A stretch of 64,000 nt of DNA from an uncultured Eubacteriales bacterium (GTDB taxonomy: Bacteria; Bacillota; Clostridia; Peptostreptococcales; Anaerovoracaceae): assembly GCA_902779185.1 (NCBI GenBank), contig CACZAM010000006.1, positions 6,189-70,188 on the forward strand, read 5' to 3'. The translations under genes were made by a program, and so were the position numbers. The notes under the pieces were generated by a model. The model ran no database searches. It saw only the letters and a list, made by a program, of their open reading frames with translations, and had not been told where the DNA came from. Of the stretch, positions 35,006-44,932 are shown in pieces (the stretch's first letter is position 1; the number at the start of each line of letters is the position of its first letter).

Positions 35006-36622
35006 TTATGCTGATGTTACTGACAGCAGTACCGGCAGGAGCTGCTTTTTGCGGCTCATCACTCCCGGCATGTCGTATGTCTGCTCCGCGAGCTTCTGGT
35101 ATGGCAGATCGCGGTTCGCCTTGTTGTTCGACGCGAGCAGCACGCTGTTCTCTCTGAGAACATCCGTGACCATGAGCAGAGTCCAGTCGAGGCCCTGCGA
35201 ATCGGCGATCTTCTGCAGCGCGTCGATGTATGCCTGCGCATATACATCTATATCCGAAAGCGTAGTGACTTCGCACTGACCGATGCCCATCTTTGTTCCG
35301 GCGTTCTCGTACTTCTTGAAGTCCGAGAGTATCATCTCATCCGGATCCTGCGTCGCCAGATTATCCGAGATACTGAACAGCTTCTCGCCGAATTCCTGTA
35401 CGCTCGGCACCTTGGCGAGCCTTGCGAGCATCTCCACCGCCTGCATGTCCTGCATGGTCGTTGTAGGGCTGCGGAGGATCAGCGTGTCGGCGATTATGCC
35501 GGTCAGCATAGTCCTTGCCGCGTACGGATCAGGCATGATGCCGTGCCTCATGTACTGCTGATAGATTATCGTGTTGACGCTGCCGAGCGGCTCGGCTGCG
35601 ATGAATATAGGCATCGTCGTTGAGAGCGAGTCGAGTCTGTGGTGGTCGATGATCTCCACGACGTCCGCTGTCTCGATCCCCTCGATGCTCTGCGCCGGTT
35701 CGTTGTGGTCCACCATGATCACTTTATTGACCGGTCTTTCGAGGAAGCACCGCCTTGTGACGAAGCCCTTGAATTCGCCATTCTCCATTACAGCGAGACC
35801 TCTGATGTGAGAGCTCATGAATATCTTTCTGCCCTCCACGAAAAGGTCATCTATGTCGATGGTCTCAGTTTTGGTCTCCATCATCGATTCGATCGACTCT
35901 GCGAGCCTGATCCTTCTGAGAGTCTCCGCAGTGCCGAGCTCTGTCATGATAACCGACCCCTCGTATCCGCTGAAGTCCACATCCGGAGCTTCGTTTGTCG
36001 CTGCTATTATGATAGCAGGCACCTGCTTTTCGACCGCCAGTTTGATATGCTCCTTGCGCGGCCCGAGCACCACGATGCAGTTCCCGATCTCGTCGAGCAT
36101 CTCGCCGAACGCCTCGTATGTGCCGGCTCCTACCAGAAGCGAGCCTTCGATGGTATCTTTCTTACCCCTGCACAAAAGCTTGCCCGGAATGACGCGGAGT
36201 ATGTTGTCTACCGTGAAATTGTACACAGGTACTTCTTCCTTGTTGTCAGTCAGGAACCAGCCCGTGATGTCGTCGACGCTCAGAAGGCCCTTGAATTCCT
36301 TGCCGTCATAGATCGGAACAACAGAAGGGTTTTCCGCGTTATACGCATTCACGAGCGCGAAGATCGGCGCGCCGGCCTGTATCTGACCCTGCGGCTCGAG
36401 CATAACGTCTCTCACCTTTGGGAATACATCCTTCTTATACGGCGGCACCTCGATCCCCATCGCTTCCATCTGCTCCCTTACCTGATCGGATACAGGACTG
36501 CAGTGGATCGCGATGTACTCGTTTTCGCTGTCTGTGAGGTTCTTGAGATTGGCGTACGAGGAAGCCGCGCATAGACTGTCAATATCCGGATTCCTGTGCC
36601 CTGTAATATATACTTTTCCCAT
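35006..36622 (-). CDS. CBS-domain-containing family II (DHH/DHHA2) inorganic pyrophosphatase
   Basis: GHRNPDIDS, MVDHNEPAQS, IIDHHRL, with an insertion of CBS/DRTGG-like sequence between the DHH motifs. 538 aa. Confidence 0.8.
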   Translation of the reverse strand: MGKVYITGHRNPDIDSLCAASSYANLKNLTDSENEYIAIHCSPVSDQVREQMEAMGIEVPPYKKDVFPKVRDVMLEPQGQIQAGAPIFALVNAYNAENPSVVPIYDGKEFKGLLSVDDITGWFLTDNKEEVPVYNFTVDNILRVIPGKLLCRGKKDTIEGSLLVGAGTYEAFGEMLDEIGNCIVVLGPRKEHIKLAVEKQVPAIIIAATNEAPDVDFSGYEGSVIMTELGTAETLRRIRLAESIESMMETKTETIDIDDLFVEGRKIFMSSHIRGLAVMENGEFKGFVTRRCFLERPVNKVIMVDHNEPAQSIEGIETADVVEIIDHHRLDSLSTTMPIFIAAEPLGSVNTIIYQQYMRHGIMPDPYAARTMLTGIIADTLILRSPTTTMQDMQAVEMLARLAKVPSVQEFGEKLFSISDNLATQDPDEMILSDFKKYENAGTKMGIGQCEVTTLSDIDVYAQAYIDALQKIADSQGLDWTLLMVTDVLRENSVLLASNNKANRDLPYQKLAEQTYDMPGVMSRKKQLLPVLLSVTSA

Positions 36623-36688
36623 ACTCTCTCCTTTTCTGTCTTTGGGATCTGTCTTTTTATTATAGACCGGCCACTGTGCGGCCTTTAC

Positions 36689-37078
36689 TTATTTAAGTTT
36701 TTCCGCCGTGCGGGCCATGAATTTTTCTGTGTTTATTATAAAGCGCTCGTGCATGCCTCCGCCTATCGGGCCGGCATCGTCACTCGCACTTACTTTGAAG
36801 ACGAGCCTGCGGCCGTCGACTTCCACCAGCTCGCTCTCGCATGTGATATGAGCGCCGACCGGACTCGCCGACAGATGTGATACGTCGAGCTTTGTGCCGA
36901 CCGTGCTCCTGCCCTCTTCCATGAAAGGTTCAACGCTCGCCCAGGCCGTGTTTTCCATGAGAGCTATCATCGCCGGAGTCGCATAGACTGTAAGTCCGCC
37001 GCTTCCCCACGCGTCAGCACACAGATCTTTGGTAACTGTCATTTCACCTTTGTTTTTTATTCCTGCTTTCAGTTCCAT
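36689..37078 (-). CDS. Hotdog-fold thioesterase
   Basis: 129 aa. GGLTVYATPAMIALMENTA...GTKLDVSHLSASPVG...DDAGPIGGGMHERFII is typical of the small thioesterase family. Confidence 0.75.
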   Translation of the reverse strand: MELKAGIKNKGEMTVTKDLCADAWGSGGLTVYATPAMIALMENTAWASVEPFMEEGRSTVGTKLDVSHLSASPVGAHITCESELVEVDGRRLVFKVSASDDAGPIGGGMHERFIINTEKFMARTAEKLK

Positions 37079-37139
37079 TATCGCACCTTTTTAAACAATG
37101 AGTAAACTTTCAAAAATCTTTTCAATGCCGCTCACAATG

Positions 37140-38291
37140 TTATGCTTCGCATTCCGCCGCTTCCTCGGCGGCAACTTTCCTTCCGGTTACGAAGAATACT
37201 GCAAACACGCTCCACACATAGATGACCGTAAGCAGTATATGCGCCCACGGCACGTTCATGAACACCATCATCAGCAGCACAAAGCATATGGTTATGATCC
37301 AGAGCCTCTGCATAAATGCTCCGTTGATGTGGCATCTCACTTTTGCGTATCTGCCCAGCGCGAACAGGAACGCGAAGTACCCCACCATCGACGCAACGAG
37401 GAACAGCATCTTCGGCCTGATTGCCACCTCTGCCTCACGCATGAACTCGAGCGACGCAGTTATATTGTTGAGCCCGAATATGATGAAGATGTGGATCAAC
37501 ATGTAGAGCAGACCGTTATCTTCCTTATTCCTGTCGAGGAGTTTGTCGTAGATGACCTCGTACGACAGGAAAAGTCCGACGACTACGAGGAAGCCCATCA
37601 GTGAGAAATAGATGATGTTCCAGTCGAAGCTTCCGTTCCCCGCAAAGTATGATGAGATGACGACTATCATCTCGCCGAATGTGAATACCACATAGAGCAT
37701 GGCGCGTTCAGTCAGGTGACTGAAATCAATCATGCCGCTCACGCCGGCCCGCTTGCTGAATAATGTCATAGCTATGCCCAGAATCACTGCGGCGAGATCT
37801 ATCGCCGGTACAAGAGCCGGCTTCACCGCCGAAGCTGCGAGTACCACGATCGCTTCAGCAAACAGCGTGCCCGCCATGCGTTTTATTACGTCCCGGTTCC
37901 AGACGTCATTCTGATGATTGCGCAGCTCTATCACGTACTGCATCCCGATGTTGACGAGTATGAGTGCCCACGCGATGTGATACTGCGCCTGATAAGCATG
38001 CCAGTCGCTGCGTGTGCTCTCGCCGAGAAAGTACATCAGGTACATCGTGATCAGCAGAAAGACGTGATCGCGCACTCCGTTGCGCCCGAACATGTTTATG
38101 TAGAACGTGGTGAAGTTCCAGATCTGAATGATCGCCAGCGTGCAGAGTATGTACGCGAGAAATGTGTCAAGCGAAACGAAGCCTCCCTCGATATGCCCAA
38201 GGAGCGCATTGTTGCGGCCTGCCATGTATACGAATACAAGATCGTATATGAGCTCCAGATATTCTACTTTCCGCTCTTCCTGTTTAATCAC
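37140..38291 (-). CDS. LtrA (low temperature requirement A) family membrane protein
   Basis: N-terminal KVEYLELIYDLVFVY signature and more than 9 hydrophobic segments. Confidence 0.75.
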   Translation of the reverse strand: MIKQEERKVEYLELIYDLVFVYMAGRNNALLGHIEGGFVSLDTFLAYILCTLAIIQIWNFTTFYINMFGRNGVRDHVFLLITMYLMYFLGESTRSDWHAYQAQYHIAWALILVNIGMQYVIELRNHQNDVWNRDVIKRMAGTLFAEAIVVLAASAVKPALVPAIDLAAVILGIAMTLFSKRAGVSGMIDFSHLTERAMLYVVFTFGEMIVVISSYFAGNGSFDWNIIYFSLMGFLVVVGLFLSYEVIYDKLLDRNKEDNGLLYMLIHIFIIFGLNNITASLEFMREAEVAIRPKMLFLVASMVGYFAFLFALGRYAKVRCHINGAFMQRLWIITICFVLLMMVFMNVPWAHILLTVIYVWSVFAVFFVTGRKVAAEEAAECEA

Positions 38292-38318
38292 TGATCCGGA
38301 TGATTTCTTTGCCGGTTG

Positions 38319-38837
38319 TTATCCCAGATGCTTCTTTGCCCAGGCGGCTACTTTTTCTTCAGAGTGCGGTACCGCCGAGCCCTGGATGGCGAAAGCCTTT
38401 TCGACCTTGGCGTGTGTGCAGAATTTCTTAAGATCGCTCCTGCTATTCGCATCGCCGCTGCCCTCGTGGGTCATTACCGGAAACACACGCTTGCCCCTGA
38501 AGTGAAGCTTCTCGAGCTGAGCGAATACGGCACATGGATATGTGCCCCACCAGCACGGACCCGCGATCACGATGTTGTCGTATTCCTTTATGTCGTGCAG
38601 GTACGCCTTGAGCTTAGGGCGGGCATTGTCTCTCTGCTCCTGCTTTGCCACCTCGGTGCACTCAATATAGTCAGCCGGATATTCCTTTACAGTCTCAATC
38701 TCGAAAAGGTCGGCTCCTACCGCGTCGCGTATGTACTCTGCTACGAGCTGGGTGTTTCCCTTCTCGAGCTCAACTATATCTCCGTCCACATAATTCTGTC
38801 CCTTGCGGGAAAAATAGATCACCAGATTCTTTGCCAT
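38319..38837 (-). CDS. Flavodoxin-family protein
   Basis: MAKNLVIYFSRKGQNY..., 172 aa, flavodoxin-like alternating pattern. Confidence 0.8.
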   Translation of the reverse strand: MAKNLVIYFSRKGQNYVDGDIVELEKGNTQLVAEYIRDAVGADLFEIETVKEYPADYIECTEVAKQEQRDNARPKLKAYLHDIKEYDNIVIAGPCWWGTYPCAVFAQLEKLHFRGKRVFPVMTHEGSGDANSRSDLKKFCTHAKVEKAFAIQGSAVPHSEEKVAAWAKKHLG

Positions 38838-39025
38838 TTTTTGCTCCTGTTCAGTTTTTCATCCTAAATATTATAACATATGGCTTGTATTGTTTTTATA
38901 CATGATGCACGCATGTTTTTTCTCGTATTCATCACATGCGTAATGTACTATCTTGGGTAGATAAGCAACCTCATATACGGCGAGCCGTTAACGGTCTGCG
39001 CCATTTCATAAGAAAGGGGAATAAT

Positions 39026-41590
39026 ATGAGTTCGATCAAGCTCACGGATACGCTGTGGTGGAACGGCGCGCTCGATCCGGATACCCATATCTCGGATGTC
39101 ATCGTGCAGATGGAGTTCGGCACCACATACAACTCATACACTCTTAAGGGCAGCGAAAAGACCGCTCTTATAGAGACTTCAAAGTACAAATTCTGGGAGG
39201 CTTTCAAGGGCGAGCTCGATGACGCCGTCGACATCACAAAGGTCGACTACATCATCATGGATCACACCGAGCCGGATCATTCCGGAACGCTCGAGAAGCT
39301 CCTCGCGATCAATCCAAAGATCACGGTCGTCTGCACCGGTACGGCGGCAAGCTTCCTGAAGGAGATCATGAACACGGACTTCCGCGTCATGACTGTAAAG
39401 GAGGGCGACACACTTTCGCTCGGCGACAAGACCCTGCACTTCATGCCTGTGCCTAACCTGCACTGGCCTGACACCATGTTCACCTACTGCGAGGAGGACA
39501 AGACTCTATATACCTGCGACGTGTTCGGCGCTCACTACTGCCCTCCGTCGGGTGATGTAAGGCGCAGCATGCTGACCGGTCAGGACGAGGCCAACTACAT
39601 GCGCACTATGCAGGATTACTTCAACATCATCATCGGGCCGTACAAGAATCCGTTCATGAACATGGCTCTCGAGAGGATCGAGGATCTCGACATCCGGATG
39701 ATCTGCCCGGGCCACGGCCCTGTGCTGGATGCGGGCATCGACTGGGTGATGGAGAAATACCACGAATGGTGCGCAAGACCTGAGAAGAAGGATACCAAGC
39801 TGGTCGTCATCCCATACGTAAGCGCTTACGGATACACCGGCCTCCTCGCCGAGAAGATCGAAGAAGGCCTTAAGGCGAGCGGTCCTATCGAGGTGCACAA
39901 ATACGACATGGTATTCGAAGAGGACGTCGCCGGAGTCATCGCTGACCTCAACGCTGCAGACGGAATCCTCTTCGGAACGCCGACCATCGTTGCGGACGCT
40001 CTCAAGCCGATCTGGGATCTCACCACGAGCATCTTCCCTCCTCTGATGAAGGGCAAGCTTGCCAGCGCGTTCGGATGCTACGGCTGGAGCGGCGAAGGTG
40101 TTCCTAACATTATTGAAAGGCTCAAACAGCTGAAGATGAAGGTGCTTGACGGCTACCGCATCAGGTTCAAGCCGAGCGAGACCGAGCAGCTCGACGCATT
40201 CGACTTCGGATACAACTTCGGCTGCGTGCTGCAGAATAAAGAAGTAAAGAAATCCGACACTCCTGCCGGAGCGAAGAAGATGGTAAAGTGCGTGGTCTGC
40301 GGAGCCGAGTTCGAGGAAGGAACAGACACATGCCCGGTATGCGGAGTCGGAAGCGACAAATTCGTGCCGGTCGAGTCCAAGGCGACCAGCTTCAGGAAGG
40401 ATACGGACGAGAAGTTCGTGATTCTGGGCGGCGGTCCGGCAGCGAAGAGCGCGGCCGAGGCGATAAGGGACCGCAACAGCACGGCGGTCATTACCATCGT
40501 GACCCAGGAGTCAGCTCTGCCATACAACAGGCCGATGCTCACCAAGGCTCTCCTCTCCGATTTCACGGACAACCAGGCTGCGATCGAAGGACCTGAATGG
40601 TACGAGGAAAGAAACATCTACTTCATGGCTGACACGACTGTGACAAAGGTCAATACCGGCGAGAAGAAGGTCGAATTCGAACTCCCTGACGGAAGCAGCG
40701 GGGCTCTCATCTATGACAAGCTGATTTACGCGCTCGGCGCGTTCTGCTTCGTGCCTCCTATCAAGGGCTCCGACCTCGGACATGTGGCAAGCGTCAGAAA
40801 CATCGCGGATACCGTCCGCATCAAGAAAGTGCTTGAAGAGCGCAACGCCAAAGAGGTCGTCTGCATAGGCGGCGGAGTCATGGGTCTTGAAGGCGCGTGG
40901 GAGCTCAAACTCGGCGGCTACGATGTGACTGTGCTTGAGACTGCTCCGGGACTGCTCCCTCGTCAGCTCGATGACCCTGCTTCAGCAATGGTCGAAAGCA
41001 TCTGCAACTCTGCCGGTGTCAAGATCGTCACAGGAGCTAAGATCGTGGAGATCACGGAAGACGCGGTACTGCTCGACGACGGCAGATCATTCCCTGCTCA
41101 GCTCGTCATCATGTCGACAGGCATGAGACCATACACAAAGGTCGCTGAGGACAGCGGCATCGAAGTCGACAAGTGGGTCAAGGCAAACGACCGCATGGAG
41201 ACGAATGTTAAGGACGTATACGCCGCGGGCGACTGCTGCGTCATAAACGGACAGCCGCAGGCATTCTGGGCGCAGGCTATCGAGACCGGACGCATCGCGG
41301 GAGCAAACGCCGCGGGCGAAGCCCTGGAGTACAAAGCACTCGGAAGCGCGCTGGTCATCAACGCGATGAACACGAGCATATTCGCGCTCGGAACAAACGG
41401 AAAGGACCCTGACAAGAAGTTCCGTACTGTTGAGTTCAGGGACGACCAGAGAGGCAATTACGAGAAGTACTACTTCCACAACAACCGCCTCGAGGGCGTC
41501 ATCCTGGTAGGCGACACTGACCGCATGATAGAGCTCAGCGAAAAAGTCGACAAGCACGCAACATACAAAGAGATGTTCGGCCGCAAGTAG
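39026..41590 (+). CDS. Multidomain flavodiiron protein: metallo-beta-lactamase diiron + flavodoxin + rubredoxin + NAD(P)H:rubredoxin oxidoreductase fusion
   Basis: Diiron motif DHTEPDHSG. Flavodoxin-like KLVVIPYVSAYGYTG. Rubredoxin CVVCGAEF...CPVCG. FAD/NAD folds FVILGGGPAAKSAAE and VVCIGGGVMGLE. Start at MSSIKLTD (39026) behind AAAGGGGA; the longest ORF starts at 38936. Confidence 0.9.
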   Translation: MSSIKLTDTLWWNGALDPDTHISDVIVQMEFGTTYNSYTLKGSEKTALIETSKYKFWEAFKGELDDAVDITKVDYIIMDHTEPDHSGTLEKLLAINPKITVVCTGTAASFLKEIMNTDFRVMTVKEGDTLSLGDKTLHFMPVPNLHWPDTMFTYCEEDKTLYTCDVFGAHYCPPSGDVRRSMLTGQDEANYMRTMQDYFNIIIGPYKNPFMNMALERIEDLDIRMICPGHGPVLDAGIDWVMEKYHEWCARPEKKDTKLVVIPYVSAYGYTGLLAEKIEEGLKASGPIEVHKYDMVFEEDVAGVIADLNAADGILFGTPTIVADALKPIWDLTTSIFPPLMKGKLASAFGCYGWSGEGVPNIIERLKQLKMKVLDGYRIRFKPSETEQLDAFDFGYNFGCVLQNKEVKKSDTPAGAKKMVKCVVCGAEFEEGTDTCPVCGVGSDKFVPVESKATSFRKDTDEKFVILGGGPAAKSAAEAIRDRNSTAVITIVTQESALPYNRPMLTKALLSDFTDNQAAIEGPEWYEERNIYFMADTTVTKVNTGEKKVEFELPDGSSGALIYDKLIYALGAFCFVPPIKGSDLGHVASVRNIADTVRIKKVLEERNAKEVVCIGGGVMGLEGAWELKLGGYDVTVLETAPGLLPRQLDDPASAMVESICNSAGVKIVTGAKIVEITEDAVLLDDGRSFPAQLVIMSTGMRPYTKVAEDSGIEVDKWVKANDRMETNVKDVYAAGDCCVINGQPQAFWAQAIETGRIAGANAAGEALEYKALGSALVINAMNTSIFALGTNGKDPDKKFRTVEFRDDQRGNYEKYYFHNNRLEGVILVGDTDRMIELSEKVDKHATYKEMFGRK

Positions 41591-41652
41591 GTGCGGAGAA
41601 AGCCAGGATCGGCAATCGAGACAAAACTATGTCCGCAAATTTAGCGGAAGCA

Positions 41653-41693
41653 AAGAGAGGCAGGGGGCAAATTCCCTGTCTCTTCCTGTTTTT
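41653..41693 (+). terminator. Terminator after the flavodiiron gene
   Basis: AGAGAGGCAGGG-ggcaaatt-CCCTGTCTCT, then TCCTGTTTTT. Confidence 0.55.
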
Positions 41694-41926
41694 ACCTTTC
41701 TTATTCTGTCTCTACCTTTCTTCTTCAGTCTCTGCCGTCTCTGATCCCGCAAATTTGAAATTCTATGCACGCCCACGCATAAGGTTTCAGCAATCTCGAC
41801 AGCACCCTTTTATCTGTGAGGAGTTTTATTTTTTTTGCTAAAAATATTGGCGCAAAGGGTCGTAATATTTATCAATTGAGTCCGGCTTACGGAGACCCCG
41901 GGCTCACGGCACGCTCTTGCAAGCTT

Positions 41927-41973
41927 CTCAGCTTGACAATAACCCCATAATGCAACGTTATTGTTAAGCTGAG
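41927..41973. repeat. Inverted repeat with 17-nt arms (1 mismatch) and a 13-nt spacer
   Basis: CTCAGCTTGACAATAAC-cccataatgcaac-GTTATTGTTAAGCTGAG. No flanking T-run. Confidence 0.6.
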
Positions 41974-42085
41974 CAGCTGTATAGTTTATGCATAGCCATG
42001 CGGCCTGCCTCTTTTGCTAAATAGAATGAGGTTTTTGATGCAGTTTTTTAGCATTTTTCAAAAAAGTCCTCTGAAGAACTGTCTG

Positions 42086-42799
42086 TTATTGCATTCCGAG
42101 CGGGAGCTCCATGCGGTTGGCCTCGAGGAGCTCCTTATTGCTCAGGATCTCCCTGGCCGGGCCGTCTGCTGCTATGCGTCCGCCCGAGATAAGTATCACT
42201 CTGTCGCAGGTGTCGAGTATCATATCGAGGTCGTGGGACGCGAGCAGCTTTGTCTGCTCCAGTTCGCGTATGGTGTTGATGACGATGCGGCGGTTATACG
42301 GATCGAGGGCGGACGTCGGCTCGTCCATTAGGATGGCGGCCGGCTCCATTGCGAGTATTGTCGCGATGGCACCCATGCGCTTCTCGCCCCCTGAAATCTT
42401 GTGGTTGTAGCGGTGCTTGATGTACTCCAGATTCAGGCGGGCCAGCACTTCGTCAACGCGCCGGTCGACCTCCTCGCGCGGCAGCCCGTAATTGAGCGGT
42501 CCGAAAATCATGTCTTCGTAGACCGTAGGCATGAACATCTGGTTGTCGGAGTTCTGCAGCACAAAGCCGAGCTTGGCGCGGATCTCGCCGAGCGTCTCCT
42601 TCTTCACTTCGATGCCGTCGATCAGCACCTTGCCCTCTCCCTGCAGGAGGCCGAGCAGGAGCTTCATAATAGTAGACTTTCCCGCGCCGTTTGCACCGAT
42701 CAGTCCGACCGACTCTCCCTTATCGATCCTGAACGACATGTCGTGCAGGACTTCCTTGCCTTTTTCATATTCAAAATTTACATTCTGGAATTCAATCAT
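42086..42799 (-). CDS. cbiO: ECF/cobalt transporter ATP-binding protein
   Basis: Walker A GANGAGKST, signature ISGGEKRM, Walker B ILMDEP. It lies next to cbiQ and cbiM. Confidence 0.85.
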   Translation of the reverse strand: MIEFQNVNFEYEKGKEVLHDMSFRIDKGESVGLIGANGAGKSTIMKLLLGLLQGEGKVLIDGIEVKKETLGEIRAKLGFVLQNSDNQMFMPTVYEDMIFGPLNYGLPREEVDRRVDEVLARLNLEYIKHRYNHKISGGEKRMGAIATILAMEPAAILMDEPTSALDPYNRRIVINTIRELEQTKLLASHDLDMILDTCDRVILISGGRIAADGPAREILSNKELLEANRMELPLGMQ

Positions 42800-42805
42800 T
42801 ATATA

Positions 42806-43609
42806 TCACCTCACAACCAGCCCGCCGATGAGCTGAGCGATATTTGCGTATCTGAGCAGCAGGAAGAACAATATGCAGCCTGCCATGAACAGTGCGTCGC
42901 GCGCCTTGAAGCGGTCGATGTCCGCATAGTGGAAATGCTCGTGGTAACCACGGAGCATCATGCTCGAGAAGAGCTCCTGCGCGCGGTCCATGCTCCGCAG
43001 GAGCAGCTGGCCCAGGAACGAACCCCATGCGGAAATATGAATGCCCTTCTGCCCCGGCGCGCGCAGATGATACGCGTCTGTCATTACCGCAAGTTCTTCT
43101 GTCATGACTCCAACGTATCGGTAGGTCAGCTGCAGGAGCGATACCATCATGGCCGGCACATGCAGCTTGCGCAGAGCTGCGCATAGGCTGTCGATCTTTG
43201 TGGTCGCCATGAGCAGGAACGACGCCATCAGGCAGAACACGCCTTTCAGCATCAGTGTGATCATGGAAATCACCCCGCCCGAGACTCCTATGTTGCCGAT
43301 GGTCAGCATTATTTCCCTGTCGAAGAACGGATTGAAAAGCCCCACCGCCATCACGAGCGGAAGCACTATGCGCAGCTTGTAGAAGCAGGTGCGCACATTC
43401 ACGCCGCTGACCGTGAACATCAAAACAGGCCACAGCACCATCGGGACGATGCCGCTGAGGTCGTACTTGTCGAACGAAAGCGTGACAAGGATGTATACGA
43501 TTGTGGTGAGCAGCTTGGCCGCCGGGTGCAGAGTGTGGACCGGTGAGCGGCGCGCTGCCAGTTCGTCCATCTCTGAAAGCTCGGCCAGAGCTTTCTGCAT
43601 TTTGTTCAT
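42806..43609 (-). CDS. cbiQ: ECF transporter transmembrane (T) component
   Basis: 267 aa, multi-TM, AxxxR-type loops (MTDAYHLRAPG). Position between cbiM and cbiO. The start has a poor RBS. Confidence 0.75.
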   Translation of the reverse strand: MNKMQKALAELSEMDELAARRSPVHTLHPAAKLLTTIVYILVTLSFDKYDLSGIVPMVLWPVLMFTVSGVNVRTCFYKLRIVLPLVMAVGLFNPFFDREIMLTIGNIGVSGGVISMITLMLKGVFCLMASFLLMATTKIDSLCAALRKLHVPAMMVSLLQLTYRYVGVMTEELAVMTDAYHLRAPGQKGIHISAWGSFLGQLLLRSMDRAQELFSSMMLRGYHEHFHYADIDRFKARDALFMAGCILFFLLLRYANIAQLIGGLVVR

Positions 43610-43815
43610 TTCTGTAATAGTCCGGCAGCAGAACCTTTAATTTCCGAATAAAGATTCCTGCTGTATGTTCCGCTTTAAAAGAAGCGGTCCGCCACACGCT
43701 CTTCTTGTAAGTAAGGAGTGGGCTGCTATATGTTTTTTCATTAATAAGGGGCATCGTTTGATGCCCCTTAAAATATACCATAATTCTTTAGAGAGAGAGG
43801 GAAAGAAAGTATGGT

Positions 43816-44871
43816 TTATTCCGTTTGTACCTTCTTTTTACGGAAGAAGCCTCCGATCAGGCAGATCAGGATGGCGACTCCTGCAACAATAGCGGATCCG
43901 ACTATTCCGGATACCGTTGTTCCGGCGACCGATTCGCTGTCAGGGAACGCGTAGTCAGGCAGGAACGATGTCTTCTCCTGTATCTGTTCCGCAGTATCCG
44001 CCGCGCCGCTCGATACGCCGAAGTTCTCTTCATCGAGTCCCATGTTGGTGGAGTATCCGCCGTCCGCGTTTCCGAAGAGAGCCCACTCAAGGCCGTCCGG
44101 ATTGGAGCTTGCCAGGAGGCTCAGTCCGCCGCCTACTACGAGCGCGACCACCGCCAGGATGGCAACGACTGTCTTGAGCGAACGCTTGCCGCTTTCGCCC
44201 TCGCTGAGCTCAACACCCGAAAGGAGCTCTGGGCGGGAGTCATGCACAAATACCAGTACTGCCGCAGTGATCAGTCCTTCTACCAGACCGATAGCCAGGT
44301 GGATAGGCTGCATCAGCGCGCAGAACGCGCCGAACGGCAGCTCAGTTATTCCTGAAAGGCTGGTCTCAAGCACCACAGAGAACGCCCCCAGTTGCAAAGT
44401 GATCACGCAGCCTATTATCGAGGCAGCGATTATGCGTCCCCTTTCGGCGCTCTTGCCCTCGCCGAACCATTTGCCGTTCATTATCGGACGCCAGATCAGG
44501 AAGTAGCCGACGAAGCACCCGTAGAAGGCCATGTTCCAGCAGTTGGCCCCCAGGGCCATGAGCCCCCCGTCGGCGAAGAATAAGCATTGGATCGCCAGTA
44601 TCACTATCATGGACAGGAAACCGGCGTACGGCCCAAGCAAGGCCGACAGCAACATTCCTCCGCACATATGTCCCGAAGATCCGGTTCCCGGGATCGTATA
44701 GTTTATCATCTGTCCTGCGAAAACGAGCGCGGACGTTACCGCCATTACCGGAAGCTTTGACGGTTCATCATCTTTCTTGAGTTTATGAATCGAAACGCCG
44801 GCAGCTGTCGCGGAAGCAGCGTACATTGTCGCAGCTACTGCAGGAGCCAGCAGAGCATCTGCCATATGCAT
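43816..44871 (-). CDS. cbiM: CbiM-type ECF substrate component fused to a PDGLE domain
   Basis: MHMADALLAPAVA N-terminus, multi-TM core, C-terminal SNPDGLEWA motif plus a final TM segment. Start at ATG 44871 behind GGGAGGTG; the longest ORF starts at 44880 (GTG). Confidence 0.85.
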   Translation of the reverse strand: MHMADALLAPAVAATMYAASATAAGVSIHKLKKDDEPSKLPVMAVTSALVFAGQMINYTIPGTGSSGHMCGGMLLSALLGPYAGFLSMIVILAIQCLFFADGGLMALGANCWNMAFYGCFVGYFLIWRPIMNGKWFGEGKSAERGRIIAASIIGCVITLQLGAFSVVLETSLSGITELPFGAFCALMQPIHLAIGLVEGLITAAVLVFVHDSRPELLSGVELSEGESGKRSLKTVVAILAVVALVVGGGLSLLASSNPDGLEWALFGNADGGYSTNMGLDEENFGVSSGAADTAEQIQEKTSFLPDYAFPDSESVAGTTVSGIVGSAIVAGVAILICLIGGFFRKKKVQTE

Positions 44872-44903
44872 AAAAAGCACCTCCCATACCTTTGTACACT
44901 CAA

Positions 44904-44932
44904 ATTATATGGGCGGTTTCCGAGGCTCACAA
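44904..44932 (-). promoter_or_regulatory. Candidate promoter TTGTGA-17 nt-TATAAT for the cbi operon
   Basis: Minus strand cTTGTGAgcctcggaaaccgcccaTATAATttg, ~25 nt upstream of the RBS. Confidence 0.4.

Noticed and set aside
38936-39025. A 30-codon N-terminal extension of the flavodiiron ORF (MRNVLSWVDKQPHIRR...).
   Set aside because: It has no RBS. A good RBS (AAAGGGGA) precedes the ATG at 39026, where the conserved flavodiiron N-terminus begins.
38838-39025. A PerR/Fur-like box in the divergent flavodoxin/flavodiiron promoter region (AAATATTATAAC).
   Set aside because: Only one half-site-like element is present in an AT-rich region. That is not enough to call an operator.
43610-43815. A missing cbiN gene, or a real small ORF, in the 200-nt gap between cbiM and cbiQ.
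   Set aside because: No ORF with a hydrophobic segment or an RBS is present. CbiM carries a fused PDGLE domain, which probably replaces CbiN. The gap holds only hairpins (AAGGGGCATC-gttt-GATGCCCCTT, CCGCTT-N6-AAGCGG).
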